From Cyanophora paradoxa CCMP329 (lineage: Eukaryota; Plantae; Glaucophyta): DNA of 64,000 nt. The notes below the pieces were generated by a model that was not told the origin of the DNA, did not search any database, and saw only the letters and a program-made list of their open reading frames with translations. A program made the translations under genes and the position numbers. Location: positions 137,654 through 201,653 of the forward strand of contig QPMI01000190.1 in the NCBI GenBank assembly GCA_004431415.1, given 5' to 3'. Within the stretch, counting starts at the first letter, position 1, and each line of letters opens with the position of its first letter. Positions 11,711 through 24,600 of the stretch are shown one piece after another.

Positions 11711-11996
11711 CTTTCGTCCAACTTTCGTCCAACTTTCGTCCGAGTACTAGTGCCAGTCGACGTCGTAATCCGATGATCAAACCTCAACTTTCGTCCAACT
11801 AGTACTTTCGTCCAACTTTCGTCCAACTTTCGTCCGAGTACTAGTGCCAGTCGACGTCGTAATCCGATGATCAAACCTCAACTTTCGTCCAACTAGTACT
11901 TTCGTCCAACTTTCGTCCAACTTTCGTCCGAGTACTAGTGCCAGTCGACGTCGTAATCCGATGATCAAACCTCAACTTTCGTCCAACTAGTACTTT
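11711..11996. repeat. 94-bp tandem repeat x3 built on an 11-bp subunit AACTTTCGTCC
   Basis: Identical units start at 11711, 11805 and 11899; each has four AACTTTCGTCC-type subunits plus a unique ~45-bp segment. Confidence 0.95.
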
Positions 11997-12936
11997 TTCG
12001 TCGTGTAGCCGGTGCGACGCATTCGTTTTTGGGCATTGGGCTATGGCTATAGCTGCGATAAATCCGAGCGAGCGTGCACTATGACGACCACCCTGAGCGC
12101 AAACCGACGCGAACCTGCATCCGCCGCGCACGACCGGGCTCGCTCGGCTCCGTGCGAGGCGTGGATCGGCAGCTGGGGTCCAACACACTTGATCTGAGTG
12201 CACGCCGCTCGCCTGCCTTCCGTCTTAAAGCGTTCTAGCGGGCCGCCGAGGCTGATGACACCGGAGCCAAATCTGAGGCGCCGGTGCTTGCGCCGTGTGC
12301 ATGAAGATGCCCTCTCCGAGATTGGTATTACTCCGAACCTCGTCAAGGCGGCCCGCCGGGGCATTCTAGGTCCGGGGCGGGGCGGCGGCGTCTAGCGATG
12401 ATGAGACCACAGAAGGCCGCGCATAACCCGCCGTAGCTGCCGCCCCTCGCGGGCGGCGCCGCGTGTGTGGGTGGTGACGAAACGGTCCGAGAGGTATATT
12501 CTGAGCGCTCGGCGCGCCGCCGGCTAGGGGCCTGGGACCGAGGGCGGGCCTTCGGGTTCCCCGCTCCCCTTCTTTCTTCCCACCCGCCCCTCACTCGCCT
12601 CCCTTCCCGGAGCCTGCGGGCAGGGACGAGGATGCCGGGAGTCTTCTCAAAGCGACTCGGAGGCCTCCTTGCGACGATGCGCATCGGGTCAGTCCCGGTG
12701 ACCTGCTGCCTTCGAACCCCCCGGGGGGTTCGGCTGCCTTCAGGCACCTACCTCTCTTGTGCTCTTCTCGAATGCAAAACAGTTCTTTTGCCCTCACGAA
12801 CTCCCGCATTAGTACTTTCTTCCGATAAGCTGGCACTCGAATAACCTCTTCAAACTACGTACAAAAAATGGGACGCGCGAGGGGCGGGGGGCACGGGCGG
12901 CCGTGTTAGGGGCCGGGGCCGCCAGAGGAGGCCCGC

Positions 12937-14765
12937 TCAGCTGCTCTTGCCGTGGGCGGAGGCGTCGTGCTTGCTGGAGTCGTGGCGGGAGTCCTCGGGG
13001 GCGGCGACGAGGGCGGCCTCGGCCTCCTCGACGCTGATCTTGCCGGCGAGGAGCTTGAGGAAGGCGACCTTGTGCCTGTAGACGTGCTCCGTGACCGGCT
13101 GGCCCAGGTGGTCCGCCATCACGAGCCGCACGTTGGAGGCGTACAGCTGCGGCTCCTTGCGCTCCTCCTCGCTCGGCGTGTAGACGGGGAGGAACGTCAC
13201 CTCCACGTAGTTCCGCACCTGCGTCAGCATCCGGAAGAGGTCTGCGGGGGGCGCCCCGGGCGGTCAGGGGGGCGCCCGGGCGACGGCGGGCCGGAGCGGG
13301 CGGGGCAGCGCGGACGCAGGTGGATGTCCATGGACTCCCACGCGGGGCAGAACTTCTGGTAGGGGTACCGCAGGCAGAGCACCTGCACGGGCTTGCCCGC
13401 CCGGAAGGCCCCCGTGCTGAAGCGCACTGCGCGGGCCGGGGGCGTCCTCAGCCATGCGAGGAATGCTCCCGGGGGTACGGGATACTCGAACCGAGGAAGT
13501 CGCCGTTGGTGGTGGTGCCCTCCGGGTAGATGCAGAGGGGCGGGAAGTCTGCACGCGGCGGCGGCCGCGGTCAGTGGGGTGGGGGACGAAGAGGGGGGGA
13601 CGGGCGCCGATCCCACCGGCGGCGTTGGCGTTCTGCCGCTGTACGACGAGGTCCGATACGCCGGCGCGCTTGGCCGCCTGAGGCGCGGAGGGACGAGCTT
13701 TGAGGGGGAGCAGGGGAAGGGGAAAGGGGGGGGGGGTACCTCGCGCTCCGTGAAGGCGCACTGCATGGCCTGGGCGCAGAGGCCGACCATCGGGATGTTC
13801 CTCACGTCCGCCTTCGCGATGAACGACGGCATGCTGTGCGCCATGTGCACCAGGATGTCCAGGTACGACATCTGGTACCCCCAGGGTCGACGTCCGCGGT
13901 GCCGCGGGTGGGGCGGGGCGGGGCGCAGGCGGGCGGGGCCGCACGTGGTTTGAGACCATCACGACAGCCGGCGTGCCGTCCTTCCCCACCGCTGGCTTCT
14001 GCGCCCGAGCCGAGCCGAGGGGCCGCGGTCAGGCGTCTCCAGGGGCGACGAGCGTGCGCGGGAGAGCACTGTGGGGGTCCCCCGCCGCTCGATCTTGTAG
14101 AAACCGAAGCCGAAGAGGCAAATCCGCGCGAAGTAGCGGCCCAGGCGGATGAACTTGCGCCGGCTCTCGGGGATGGGCGTGCACGTGTCCAGCTTCCCGT
14201 GGCCGAGCAGCGCGAGCTTCACGACGATCCAGTAGACCGTCACGCAGAGCAGGGCCCAGACGATGCGCAGCGGCAGGAGAGTCCAGGCCAGCAGCGCCGT
14301 CTGCAGATTGCAGTGGTCAGATGAAGCGCGCGCGCGCGCGGCCGCCGCGCGGGGGAGTGACCTTAAGGATCTCGCTCATTGTGAGGACCGGGTCCGTGCT
14401 GAGCGCGGCGGGGGCAAGTCGCTCTCAGTGAGAGCCTCACGGTCGCGGACTCGGACTCACCGCCGGAATGGGCCGAACTTCAAAGCGCATTTCTCCAGCT
14501 TGCTGTTCGGCCGCGGCGTGAACAAAGCGTTCTCGGTCTGGATCTGCGCGAGGGGCGGTCTGAGCCGGACGGCGTTTCGGCGGGGTAGCGGCCCACCCAT
14601 TGCGTGATCGCTAAGCAAGTGGCCAGGTACACCACGCCCGCTATTAGCGGAAGCATCTGTGCTCGAGAGTCGGCTTGGCACCCTCGACAGTCGGACAGTG
14701 CTCAGCCGGGGTAGAGCGCTTTCTGGCTTGCGCCCCGCGCCGAAGCGCCCGTGCATCTCTGCCAT
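12937..14765 (-). CDS. Lysophospholipid acyltransferase (LPCAT/LPEAT family, PlsC domain)
   Basis: Spliced VMVSNH|MSYLD (HxxxxD), SFIAKADVRNIPMVG, LCIYPEGTTTNG, FSTGAF, LRYPYQKFCPAWES, EVTFLPVYTPSEEERKEPQLYASNVR; N-terminal hydrophobic helix. Confidence 0.92.
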
Positions 14766-14882
14766 CAGATGAAAAAGCGTTGGCTCCAGTAGTCCCGTTG
14801 AGCCAAGCCCGGGTGGGCAGCGGCCGCTCGGAGGCTCGCAGCACGCGGGCGGGCCTCGGCCCGCCCCAGCAGCGTGTCCGCA

Positions 14883-17633
14883 ATGACGGAGGCGAGTTCC
14901 TCGGCCGCCGCCGCCATCGGCGATCGCCTGAAGGCAATTGCCGAACGCAACGCGCGTCTAAAAGCGCGTTTGCAAGAGACGGCCGCCAAGCAGGAGCGCG
15001 TGGAGGAGAAGACGGACAGCGCGCTTAATCGCTGGGAATCTTCGGAGAGCAACCATGACTTTGATTCCCTGGCGCGCTCGCTCGATTCCCTGCTGGAGAA
15101 GTCAGTCTCCAGCACGGCCGGAGTTTCCGCCCTGCTCGCCGGCCTGCGGCTGCGGCCAGGCGGACTCGTTCGGAAGCCAGAGCCTGCGCCTGCGCAGCCA
15201 GATGCAGCGTGAGCCTGCGCCCCGCGCCCGCTCGAAGCGTCGTTTCAACGAGTCCGCACAGGTCCGCGGACGACGTGGGCCTGTGGCTCGAACAGGCGCG
15301 GAACCTGCTGGCGGGGCAGGACGAGCTCTCGGCACCGCTCTTTGACCACTTCGTGGTCGTGGGCGTGCCGAGTACAAACCCCAGCGTGCGCGAGATGACC
15401 CGAGACACGCGCAACGTGCGGGCGCAACCGGAGTTCCTCTTCGTGTTCCCGCCCCAAGCGAGGTGCCCGCCGCGCGCAGCTTCCCCGCCGCGTGCGCTCA
15501 CGCGGCGGGCGGCCGCAGCGAGCGCATCGTCGACGTCCCCTCGTTCTGCTTCCCTGCCGGTGTCAAACTCGGCTGCGTGGACCGCAACGACTTCGACTAC
15601 AACGAGGTCGGCCCGCGCGGTGGCGTCGCTCCTGCACCGATGCACTGACCAGCCGCCCGCCGCGCCTCAGTTCGCGTTTGGCCGCTCGCGCCTTTCCGAG
15701 GCCGACGCGCATACTTTCATCCTCACGGACGGCTTTGGCAACTCCTCCTACGGCGTCTGTGTCACCGTCCCCTCTCTCGTCGATGTGCGCACCCCTCCGC
15801 CGCCCGCCGGGCGCCCCCCAACGCTGACGCGGCGCCGGCCGCGCAGGCGGACGTGCGTGGGGACGCGTCGGGGAAGTGGCAGGTGACGGGCTCGCGCTGC
15901 GTCTGCGTCGTGTCGCGGCACGCGGTGCTGCCGCTGCTCTTCCGCTTCGTGGCCGGCCTCGTCGCCATGGACCGCATCACCCGCCTCCGCCTCGCCAACG
16001 AGGGGCCCGCCGCCCTCGCCGCCTACACCTCCCGCTCCCCGCTCCTCCGCTCCGCAGTCTCCGGCGGCGGGCAGAGCCGCCTGCAGCCGACGACGAGCGG
16101 GCCGGGCCCCCCGGCGCAGTCCGCTGCGGCCGCCGCCAAGGCCTCCGTCCTCTCGTTCTTCCGAGGCCAGTTCTTCACGCACCACAAGGAGCTGGCCGAG
16201 AAGAGCCAGCGAGCGCTGGACCTCGGGGGCGTCCCCGCGCGCCTGCGCTCCTCGCGGGGCTCCCTCCCGACGGTCCGCCTCGGGCGCTCCTCCTCCATCC
16301 GCATCGACGAGGACGAGGACTGGGACGCGCACACGGAGGACTCGCCGCGCCGCGGCGGCAGCGCCGGGCACGCCGGCGACGGCCTCCACACCGCCGGGCC
16401 CGCCTTTGTCGATCCAATCACAATCGCCCTCGAGGCCCGCCCCCCGCCCGCACCCCCTCCCGCCTTCGCGCGCCTCCGCCCCCCGGCCTTACCCTCGCCC
16501 CGCAGACCTTCCAGGCGACGGCCGTACCACGGCGCGGCGAGTCCCTCACCTTCCGCCTCTCCGACGACGTGCCCGTGCGCGCCGGCCCCCTGCCCCCGCC
16601 CCCACCCGAGTTCTGAGCGGGGGGAGGGCGGCGCAGCCGGTGGAGTTCGAGCGGCCGGAGAGCGGGGACGGGCTGACGATGGCGCGGTGGGCGCTGCTGC
16701 GGGCGGCGCGGGCGGACGGGCTGCCCCTCGCGCACCTCGTGACCCTCCTGGGCGCCGCCCTCCTGGAGCGGCAGCTCGTCATCGTCGCTCCGGACCTCTC
16801 CCTCCTCTCCTCCGTCGTGTCCGCACGCCCCTCGGCCCTCCCCGCCGCCCCTTCCCTTAGCTGCCCCTGGCTCGCCCAGGGTCGCGGTGATCTCGCTGCT
16901 GCGGCCCTTCAAGTGGCAGTGCCTCGTCTGCCCCCTCCTCCCCGTCTCCATGGCCGACTTCCTCGAGGCGCCCGTCCCCTTCGTCGTCGGCCTCCCCGAG
17001 CTCGGTACCCCCTCCCCTGCCCCCCCTTCGCACAGGCCGCCCTCAGCGGGGGCGGCAGACCCGCGCCTGCTGCCGCGCATCCACGAGCTGGTGCTGTGGG
17101 ACTACGACCGCCGGAGCGTCCACCTCCCCGACGCCGCAGGGCCCCACACTGACTGCCCCCCGCTGCCCCGCCACGCCGAACTGTCCGCCCCGCCCCCGCC
17201 GCGCCGCGCCCCCGCCGCCTGCCCGGTCCGGCCCGACGCGACCGCAGAGAGGCGGTCCTGCGGGGGCCCTACGGCGAGCTCTGCCGCGGCGACGAGGGGG
17301 AGCCTTTGTCCCCCGCCGACCGCGCCAGGGCGCGTCCCCCGCCCGCTGGCGAGCCTCGGCCCTCTGGGCCCCCGCTGATGCCGCACCCAGGCGGTGGACG
17401 CGGTGATCGGGGCGTGCGAGGAGCACCTGGAGCAGCACCTGCTGCGGCCCCTCGCGGCGGGGGCGAGCTGGGCGACCCCCGCCGAGCGCTCCTTCGCGGA
17501 GCTCTTCGCCCAGACGCAGATGTACTCCGCCCTCCGCGAGGGCCAGAACCCCCTCCCGCTCGCCGGCCTCCCTGCCGGCCCTGCCCCCTCCGGACCCGCC
17601 TCCAATATCCGCAAGTCCCTCTCCGTCTTCTAG
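14883..17633 (+). CDS. DENN domain protein (putative Rab GEF)
   Basis: uDENN LFDHFVVVG...PSFCFPAG; cDENN HTFILTDGFGNSSYGVCV, CVCVVSRH, ALLERQLVIVAPDLSLLS, LLRPFKWQCLVCPLLP..DFLEAPVPFVVG; dDENN FAQTQMY. Confidence 0.92.
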
Positions 17634-18051
17634 TCCCCTGCCCGGCCCTCGCCTCTCTTCTCCCTCAGCGCAGCCCCTTTCCCGGTTCATTCTTAGGTAG
17701 TTACTTTCATTAAGCAGATATCGATCGGGCGTATACGTACGCGAATTGATTTTGAAGTTCGAATTCTTTGCCGAGGCGCGCAGGGCGCCGGCCCCCGTAT
17801 ACGGCAAAGCAACCGGCGCGCCGGTTCTGCGCGACTAGCTATATATAGCTATAGCTATAGTTTTGCGTCTTCATCGCCATCGGTCCGGCACCGGTACCTT
17901 CTCGTGCACCCCGATATCGATGCGCGCGCGCGCATGCGCCGCACAATTGATATTAATATTGCAGTACGTATACTATGATACGCGTTGAACAGCTGCAGTG
18001 CAGCAACACGCGCACGGGGGTACAGTCTTCCCGGCCCTGGCCGCTACAGGC

Positions 18052-20123
18052 ATGGCGGGCCCGACGCGTATCCTCGCGGACGGCACGGTCGTGCGGGGCG
18101 ACGCCGCGCCTTCCGCAGCGGCCGCCGCTGGTCCAAGAACCCTATCCGGCAATCCTGCGCCGGCGCCTGATGCGGCGGCCCCCGCGCCTGTTGAGGAGCG
18201 TGCGCAACCGCAACCGCAGCAGCCGCTGCCTTATCAGCAGCAGAATCTACGCCCTGTCCCTCCCGCGGGCGATTCGTGGCAGCCAGGTCAAGCAGCCGCT
18301 CAGGTCTGTCACGCGCGCCCTGCAAACTCTTCCTGATGACACTATGCAGTATGCAATTCCCATTCAATACGCGCCTGGAGGGCCTGGTGCTTTGCAATAT
18401 GGCACTCTAGGCGCGCCGGCCCCGCGTGACCCAACACTTCTGACCGCTCTACAGCCGGACCGAACGCGCCGCCTCCTGGCGTCGCGATGGGCATACCAGT
18501 TGCTGGCACGTACGGCTACGGCATGAATCCTTACGGGCGTATGTACGACGACGACGACGGGGGCGGCGTCGCCATCGACGTGGTTCGCATCCGCCGCGGG
18601 GCGGGGCGGGGCAGGGGCAGCCGGCGACGCGGCGCGTGGGGCTGGCCTTCATCGTCGCTGGGCTCATTCCTCGTCTGTAGTGCGGCGAGCAGATGCCCGT
18701 GGGCTCTCTGCAGCCCCATCAGTGGTGCTGCCTCTGCTGCTGCCCATGTTTCATTGGCAACCCCTGCTCGCCGGCACGCAAGGTGCGAGGCTCCTTGCGG
18801 ACTTTGTTTCACGCTCAACGCCGATGCGCGCGATGCGGCAGGAGCGGTACAAGGAGATCGCCAAGGTGCCTTGAATCAATAGCCGCAAGCGCAATTCGAG
18901 CCATGATGCTCAGGTCTTTGAGCTCTGGATTTATGGTCTCCCGCGCGCAGAGCTTTATCGGAATCGTGTCTATGATCGAGATCGTTCTCTTCATCGCCTG
19001 CCTTGTCCACGGCGGCTTTGCCTCCCAGAAGGAGAACCGGATGCTGGTGAGCACCGTGGACTCCGATGCTGCTCCGCCCCGTCGAGCCAAGGGCGGGGGC
19101 CGGGGCAGGGACCGCCGACGTCGACGCTGCTGCTCTTCGGGGCCTCGAACGGCGTGCTGGAGGGCGCTCCCAACTACCAGGTCCGCCCCCCGCGCTGCTC
19201 GCTGCCCGCCCCTTGCCGCCGGCGTCCGATCGGGCAGGGCGCCAGCTGTGGCGGCCCTTCACCGCCGTCTTCCTGCACGGCGGCGTCCTGCACCTCTTCT
19301 TCAACGTACGCGCAGCAATCGCGACGCGGGCCCCCCTCACCAAGAGATGCGCGTACCCCCCTCACGCCGCCCGGCGCCCGCCGCGCTGCGCAGGTTTTGG
19401 GTCAGGTTTTGTTCGGCCGCCAGGTGCTCCGCTTTCGCTGCCCGGCCGCCCGCCCGCCGTCCGCGGGAGCGCCCTCCTCGGGAGCCTCTGCTCAGGCAGC
19501 CGTCCGCAGATCGAGATGGAGTGGGGCGCGCCGCGGGCGGCCGCGGTCTTCCTCATAGGGGGCGTCTGCGGGAACCTGGGCAGCGCGGCCTGGCACCCCT
19601 CCATCGTCTCCGTGGGCGCCAGCGGTGCCGTCCTGGTGAGGCGCTTGCTGCAATCCGGCCGCGGGGCCCGCCCGGCCGGCGGCTTGAATGGCCCGCCGGC
19701 AGGCGCTGGCGGGAGCGATGGTGGCGCGCCTCACGATCGACGTCTCCCGCGACGGCACCTCGACCCCCGCCTCCAAGATGAAGATAATGCAGCTGGTAGA
19801 GTGCCCCCGCAGATCGCGCAGCGGGGCAGCGGCGCTGACGCGGCGGCGTACGCCCCGCCGCTCGCGCCGCGCAGGCCCTCTTCATGCTGCTGATCTTCGT
19901 CATGGCGACGGGCTCCAACGCCGCGACAACCGTCGACAACGCCGCGCACCTCTGCGGCGCCGCCGCCGGCCTTCTCCTCGGCCTTCTTCTCTTTGGGGGG
20001 GAGGCCGTCCGCGAGGGCTCCTCCCCCGCCTGGGGCCGCGCCCTGCGGGCGGCCTCGGCCGCCCTCCTCGCCGCAGGCGTGGGGTCCGCCGCGTACTTCG
20101 TCGTGCTCGGCGGCCGCGCCTGA
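18052..20123 (+). CDS. Rhomboid intramembrane serine protease with Pro/Gln- and Cys-rich N-terminus
   Basis: LWRPFTAVFLHGGVLHLFFN (WR and HxxxxHxxxN motifs), catalytic SVGASGA and DNAAHLCG; multiple TM helices. Confidence 0.92.
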
Positions 20124-20494
20124 CCCTCCGAGCTCAAGGGCTCTCTCCCCCCCCGACACCTCTGTACATGCGCTCACTGAGTCACGAACTTGCCCCGTCT
20201 TTCAGCAAGCCGGAATCGAATCGCTTTCAGGCTCTAAATCGGTTGTCATAGCGGCTAAATCCAGATGGCCGGGGGGTTCGAGTTGGCGGGAAATTCAAAA
20301 GAAGCGAGTTGGCGACAGAGCTCGGTAAGGTGAACCCGAGTAGATAGTGCAGAGAAAGCTTAGATATCAGGCGTCAGCGGCCGCAGCGGCGCAACCGGTG
20401 ATCGCCGCCGCGGAGGAGTGCGGGGTGGCCGTGAGGGATCGCCGGGCGGGAGGACAAAGGACCCGAGCGCTGGATCGCACCTTGCCTCACATCA

Positions 20495-21226
20495 CATCGA
20501 TGTCGCTCTGGACTCCTGACCATCAGTAGAGGAACCCGCTGGGGAACCGGCTCGCGGATACCAAAGAAGGAAGACAAAATTGACAAAACTGGTCTTGCGA
20601 CCGAACAAAGCATTCGGAAAACACTCAAGTTACAATGAGGCTAAGAAAGGACGTCGGCGAAAGGCCCGAGAGCCTGCTATGTCCCACGATGACTGAGAGA
20701 CAGGGCCCGCCACATCACAACGACTCCAGCCGCAGAGCTTACAGCTTCAGGCCAAGCTTGAGGTCCAGAATGGGGGTGCCGTCCATCTTGAAGTCGGTAA
20801 GATCGTACGAAACCTGCTGGACGGTCAGTGACGCGGCGTGGTCCCGAGGATCCACGACGGACCTTCGCCTCAAGGTTCGCCGCGCCGGAGATCGGGAAAA
20901 CCTTCCGGGCAGTGACGCCTGCAATCATTAGAGCTTAGCAACGAAGCCGCCAGGCCCAGCACCAGGTGAAACGCTAACCGTACGAGGCCTTGTTGCCCTT
21001 CTCCACGGGCTGCTTGTACTGCAGCGAGAACTCGAAGCCCTGCGACACGATTTCGAATACGGAATCAAGGCCATCGGCTCGGGAGGCGGACCAGATCGCC
21101 GAGCGACAGGCCGCCGATGGAGGGGGTCTCGGACTTAGCAACGACGGCAGGGGCCGCCGGAGCCGGAGGAGCCGGAGCCGAGCGAGTGGCGGCACGGCGG
21201 GCGGGGGCGGCACGCTTGGGCGGCAT
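20495..21226 (-). CDS. Hypothetical multi-exon protein
   Basis: ATG 21226 MPPKRAAPARR..., exon-like segments VFEIVSQGFEFSLQYKQPVEKG and QVSYDLTDFKMDGTPILDLKLGLKL flanked by AG/GT sites. No family recognised; 3' end uncertain. Confidence 0.4.
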
Positions 21227-21606
21227 TTGCTTCGCGGTGAGAGGATTGGCGGGGGAGGGTGATTGGCCAGGAGGGTACGGGCAGCGGGGGGACCATCCGG
21301 GCCTGCGCCACGCCGCCGGCCTGGTTTGCCTCTTTTTGCCTGCAGCTGAGCACAATACACCTCGTAGCGCTAGGTACAGCGTGGCCGACCGGCGACATGC
21401 CGTCCTAGATGCGGCTACCACGAACGCTGCATAGCGCGTGTCGCCTGGTGACACACTAGGATCTAGGCAGCCAGATCGCCGACTCCTGTTTGCGGCCCGA
21501 GAGCCTGGCAAGAGGGCGTCTGGAGTTCTGCAGGTACCAAGCACCTTTCAGAGGCGGGGCTCCTCATCCATCATGTCCTACCGTGGCACTGAACAGCGGT
21601 TCTGAG

Positions 21607-24600
21607 ATGGCGCTCCGCGTGTCGCTGCGTGCGGCCCCCGCTGTCCTGGCGGGCGAGGCGCCTCCGAGCCCAAACGAGCTGGCCGCCCAGACCTCACGGA
21701 CGGCCCGCTCCGCTGCAAATGCAGCATCGGAGCCGAGATCCTCCATTGATCTCTCGGCGTTGATTCGATCCCTCAACCGGCCTCCCTCCGCAGCGCGCAC
21801 CGTGACGCCGGAGCTCCTGTCTCCGGGCACCACCGTTGCGCTGCTGCGCACCTCTTCGGCGGAGGATGCTGCGCCGGCCGCGGAGCTTCCCGGCCGGTGC
21901 ACGGCCCCCGAGCCGAAGAAGGGCTCCGTATCCGCTGCTCCGGGCGCGAGCGGCGGGGCAGCGCCGGAGAGGGCTGAGGCGGCCGGCTCGCCCTCGAAGG
22001 AGAACGGCCGGGCGGAGGCGGCGCCAGCGCCGCCGCAGCCGTCGTCGTCGCCGCAGGTGTCGGAGAAGAGGAGGGTGCGGAGCAGGACGCTCTCGCAGAA
22101 CCGCTCCAACCGGCGCCTCTCCGTCTCCTTCCGCGCCGGCGAGAGCGCCCCGGAGGCCGAGCGCGAGCGCGAGCGTGAGCGGGAGCGAGGTGGCTCGCCC
22201 GTAGAGCGCCCGGCGTCCAACCCGACCACCCCGCGCTCCGCCACCTCCCGCCCCTCCACGCACCGCTCCGAGGCCCTCGCCACCCGCCGCCCGCCCCCCG
22301 CCCTCTCCTCCGCCGCCGCGCCCCCCGGTCAGCCCCTGTCCCGCGTCTGCCGCCCCGCCCCGCCCCGGACTGCGCTCTGAGGCGTGCGCAGACTTCGCCG
22401 CGACTGTGGAATTTGTCTTGAAGGACGACGCCAGACGAGAGGTGCGCGCGGCCTGCAGCGCGCCCCGCGCCTCGGCGCCCCAGGGCCGTCCCCCGGGGCC
22501 GCCTGACGCGGGGCGGCAGCTGGACTGGCAGGGGATCACGAGCGCCTTGACCCTCACATTCGCCGACGACCGCCTCGAGCGCAAGCGCGTACCCCCCCCC
22601 GCCCTCCGCCCCCCTCCCCCATTTCCATCTCCGTCGTCCCTGAGACGCACCGCAGCTTTGCGCGGGTGTATGCGGCGAACGCCGTGCCGCGGGCGGTTCT
22701 CGCGGGGGTAGTCGGCACCCTCGCCGCCCTTGTCTCCGGTGCCCCCTTTCCCTCCAATCTGATCGGATCCTCGGAGTGCGCTGATGCGCCCACCGCGCGC
22801 GCGGCAGCGGCGGTCTCGATGGCGGGCCCCTCGCAGCTGCACCTCGAGTCCCTCTTCTTCTTCCTCGGCGGTGCGCGCGCCCCGCGCCTGCGCCCCTCCG
22901 CCCTCTGAGCCGCCCCCCCTCCCCTCCCCCCGGGCGCAGCCGGGGTGGCGCTGTGCGGGTCGGTGCTGGCGCGGACGACGCTCTACTACCGGCGGCGGGT
23001 CGTGCTGCACCGCCTGGGGGCGCCCCTCCTGGCGCTCCTCTTCGTCTGCACGCTCGCCGCCGCCCGCGTCGCGGGGCGCGACGAGCTCAGCCCCGCCTCC
23101 TTCCCCGCCGCCCTCGTCCTCGTCGTCGCCATCGTCCGCGTGCCGGCCGCCTGGGCGACGCCGCTCACGCTGGCGTACCCCCTGCTGCTCTTCCTCTTCG
23201 GGCTGGCGTACCTGCCGGCGGCGACGGCGGCGGCGCTCTCGCTCCCGACGGCGCTCGTCTGGCTCGTGCTCGCCCTCAACGGCCGCTCCGCGGAGATGAC
23301 GGCGCGGCGCAACTTCTGGATGGGGCGGCTGCGGGAGCAGACGCACGAGGCGGCGTCGCGGGAGAAGGCCAAGGGGGCCCGCATCCTCCGCAACATCCTC
23401 CCCGAGCCGGTCATCGAGGCGGTGCGGGAGGGGCGGCCGCTGGAGGGCAACGTCAACCGCCGCTACGACGCCGCCTCCGTCGTCTTCGTCGCCCACTGCG
23501 CCCCGCCCAAGCTCACCGACGGCGACATCAAGCTCGGTGAGGGGCCCGCCACGCAGAGCAGGCCGGCCGCCGCGAAGGGCGGGGTGACGCGGGCGCAGTG
23601 ATGCGGCGCGCGAACGCGCTGGTGGGGCGGCTGGAGGAGCTCTGCGACGAGTTCGGGTGCGAGAAGATCAAGACGATAGGGCTCACCTTCATGGCCGTCT
23701 GCGGGCTCCCCCGCGAGCGCCCCGACCACGCCGCGCGGGCGGTGGCCTTTGCGGCGGCGGCGGTGGCGGAGGGCGGGCGGCTGGACTTCAGCCTCCACGC
23801 CGGCGTCTCCTCGGGCTCCGTCGTCGCCGGCGTCGTCGGCTGCCGCCTCTTCTACGACACCTGGGGGGTCCGCCCCCGCCCCCGTTCCTCCCCCTCGCCC
23901 CGCCCCCACCGCCCCGCTCACCGCTCGCCGGCGCGCCAGGACACGGTCAACACGGCGAGCCGCATGTGCTCCTACGCCGCCCCGGGCACCGTCCTCTGCT
24001 CCTCCGCCACACGCGTCCTCCTCCCCGAGACGCCCCTCCCGGACCCCAGGCGAGCCGAACCTTTCTTTCATTCTCGCGAAAGGTCTTCTGAGAGCGCTCG
24101 CTCGTTCGGGCCGCAGGCTCCGCTTCTCGGTGTCGTCGGGGCGGGACCTGCTGGTGAAGGGCAAGGGGGTGCAGCGGACGTACGAGGTGACGCTGGGGAC
24201 GCTGCCCGAGGAGGCGGCCGCCGAGGGCGACGCGGAAGACACCGAGCACGAGGCCGGCCCCGCCCGAGCCCCCGCCCCCGGCCCCCGCCGCCCCTCCCCG
24301 CCGCCCCCGCCCCCGCATCCCCCTGCCCGCCCCGCCATCGGTGGCGGCGGCCTCGTCGCTTCTGCCGCGCCGGCGGGGACACGCTGGCGCCGCCGGAAGC
24401 GCTGCCGCCGGGGCGGCGGCGGGGCTGGCGGGGACGGGCCGGAGCCAGTCGGAGCGGCGGCGGCGGCCGGCGGCGAACTACATCCCGAGACCACCGACGA
24501 GGAGGGGCCTGGGACGCCCCGCCGCCGCGGCCGCCGGCGAGGCGAGCGCTTCGGCGCCGGACGTGCCGGGGCGGCCGCTCGCGGGGCGACGCCCGCCGGT

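Noticed and set aside
11711-11996. CRISPR array
   Set aside because: The intervening segments are identical rather than unique spacers, there are no cas genes, and the context is eukaryotic.
11711-11996. Hammerhead ribozyme array (GGACGAAA on the minus strand)
   Set aside because: No CTGANGA core on the same strand; the nearest match (ccgatga) is on the opposite strand.
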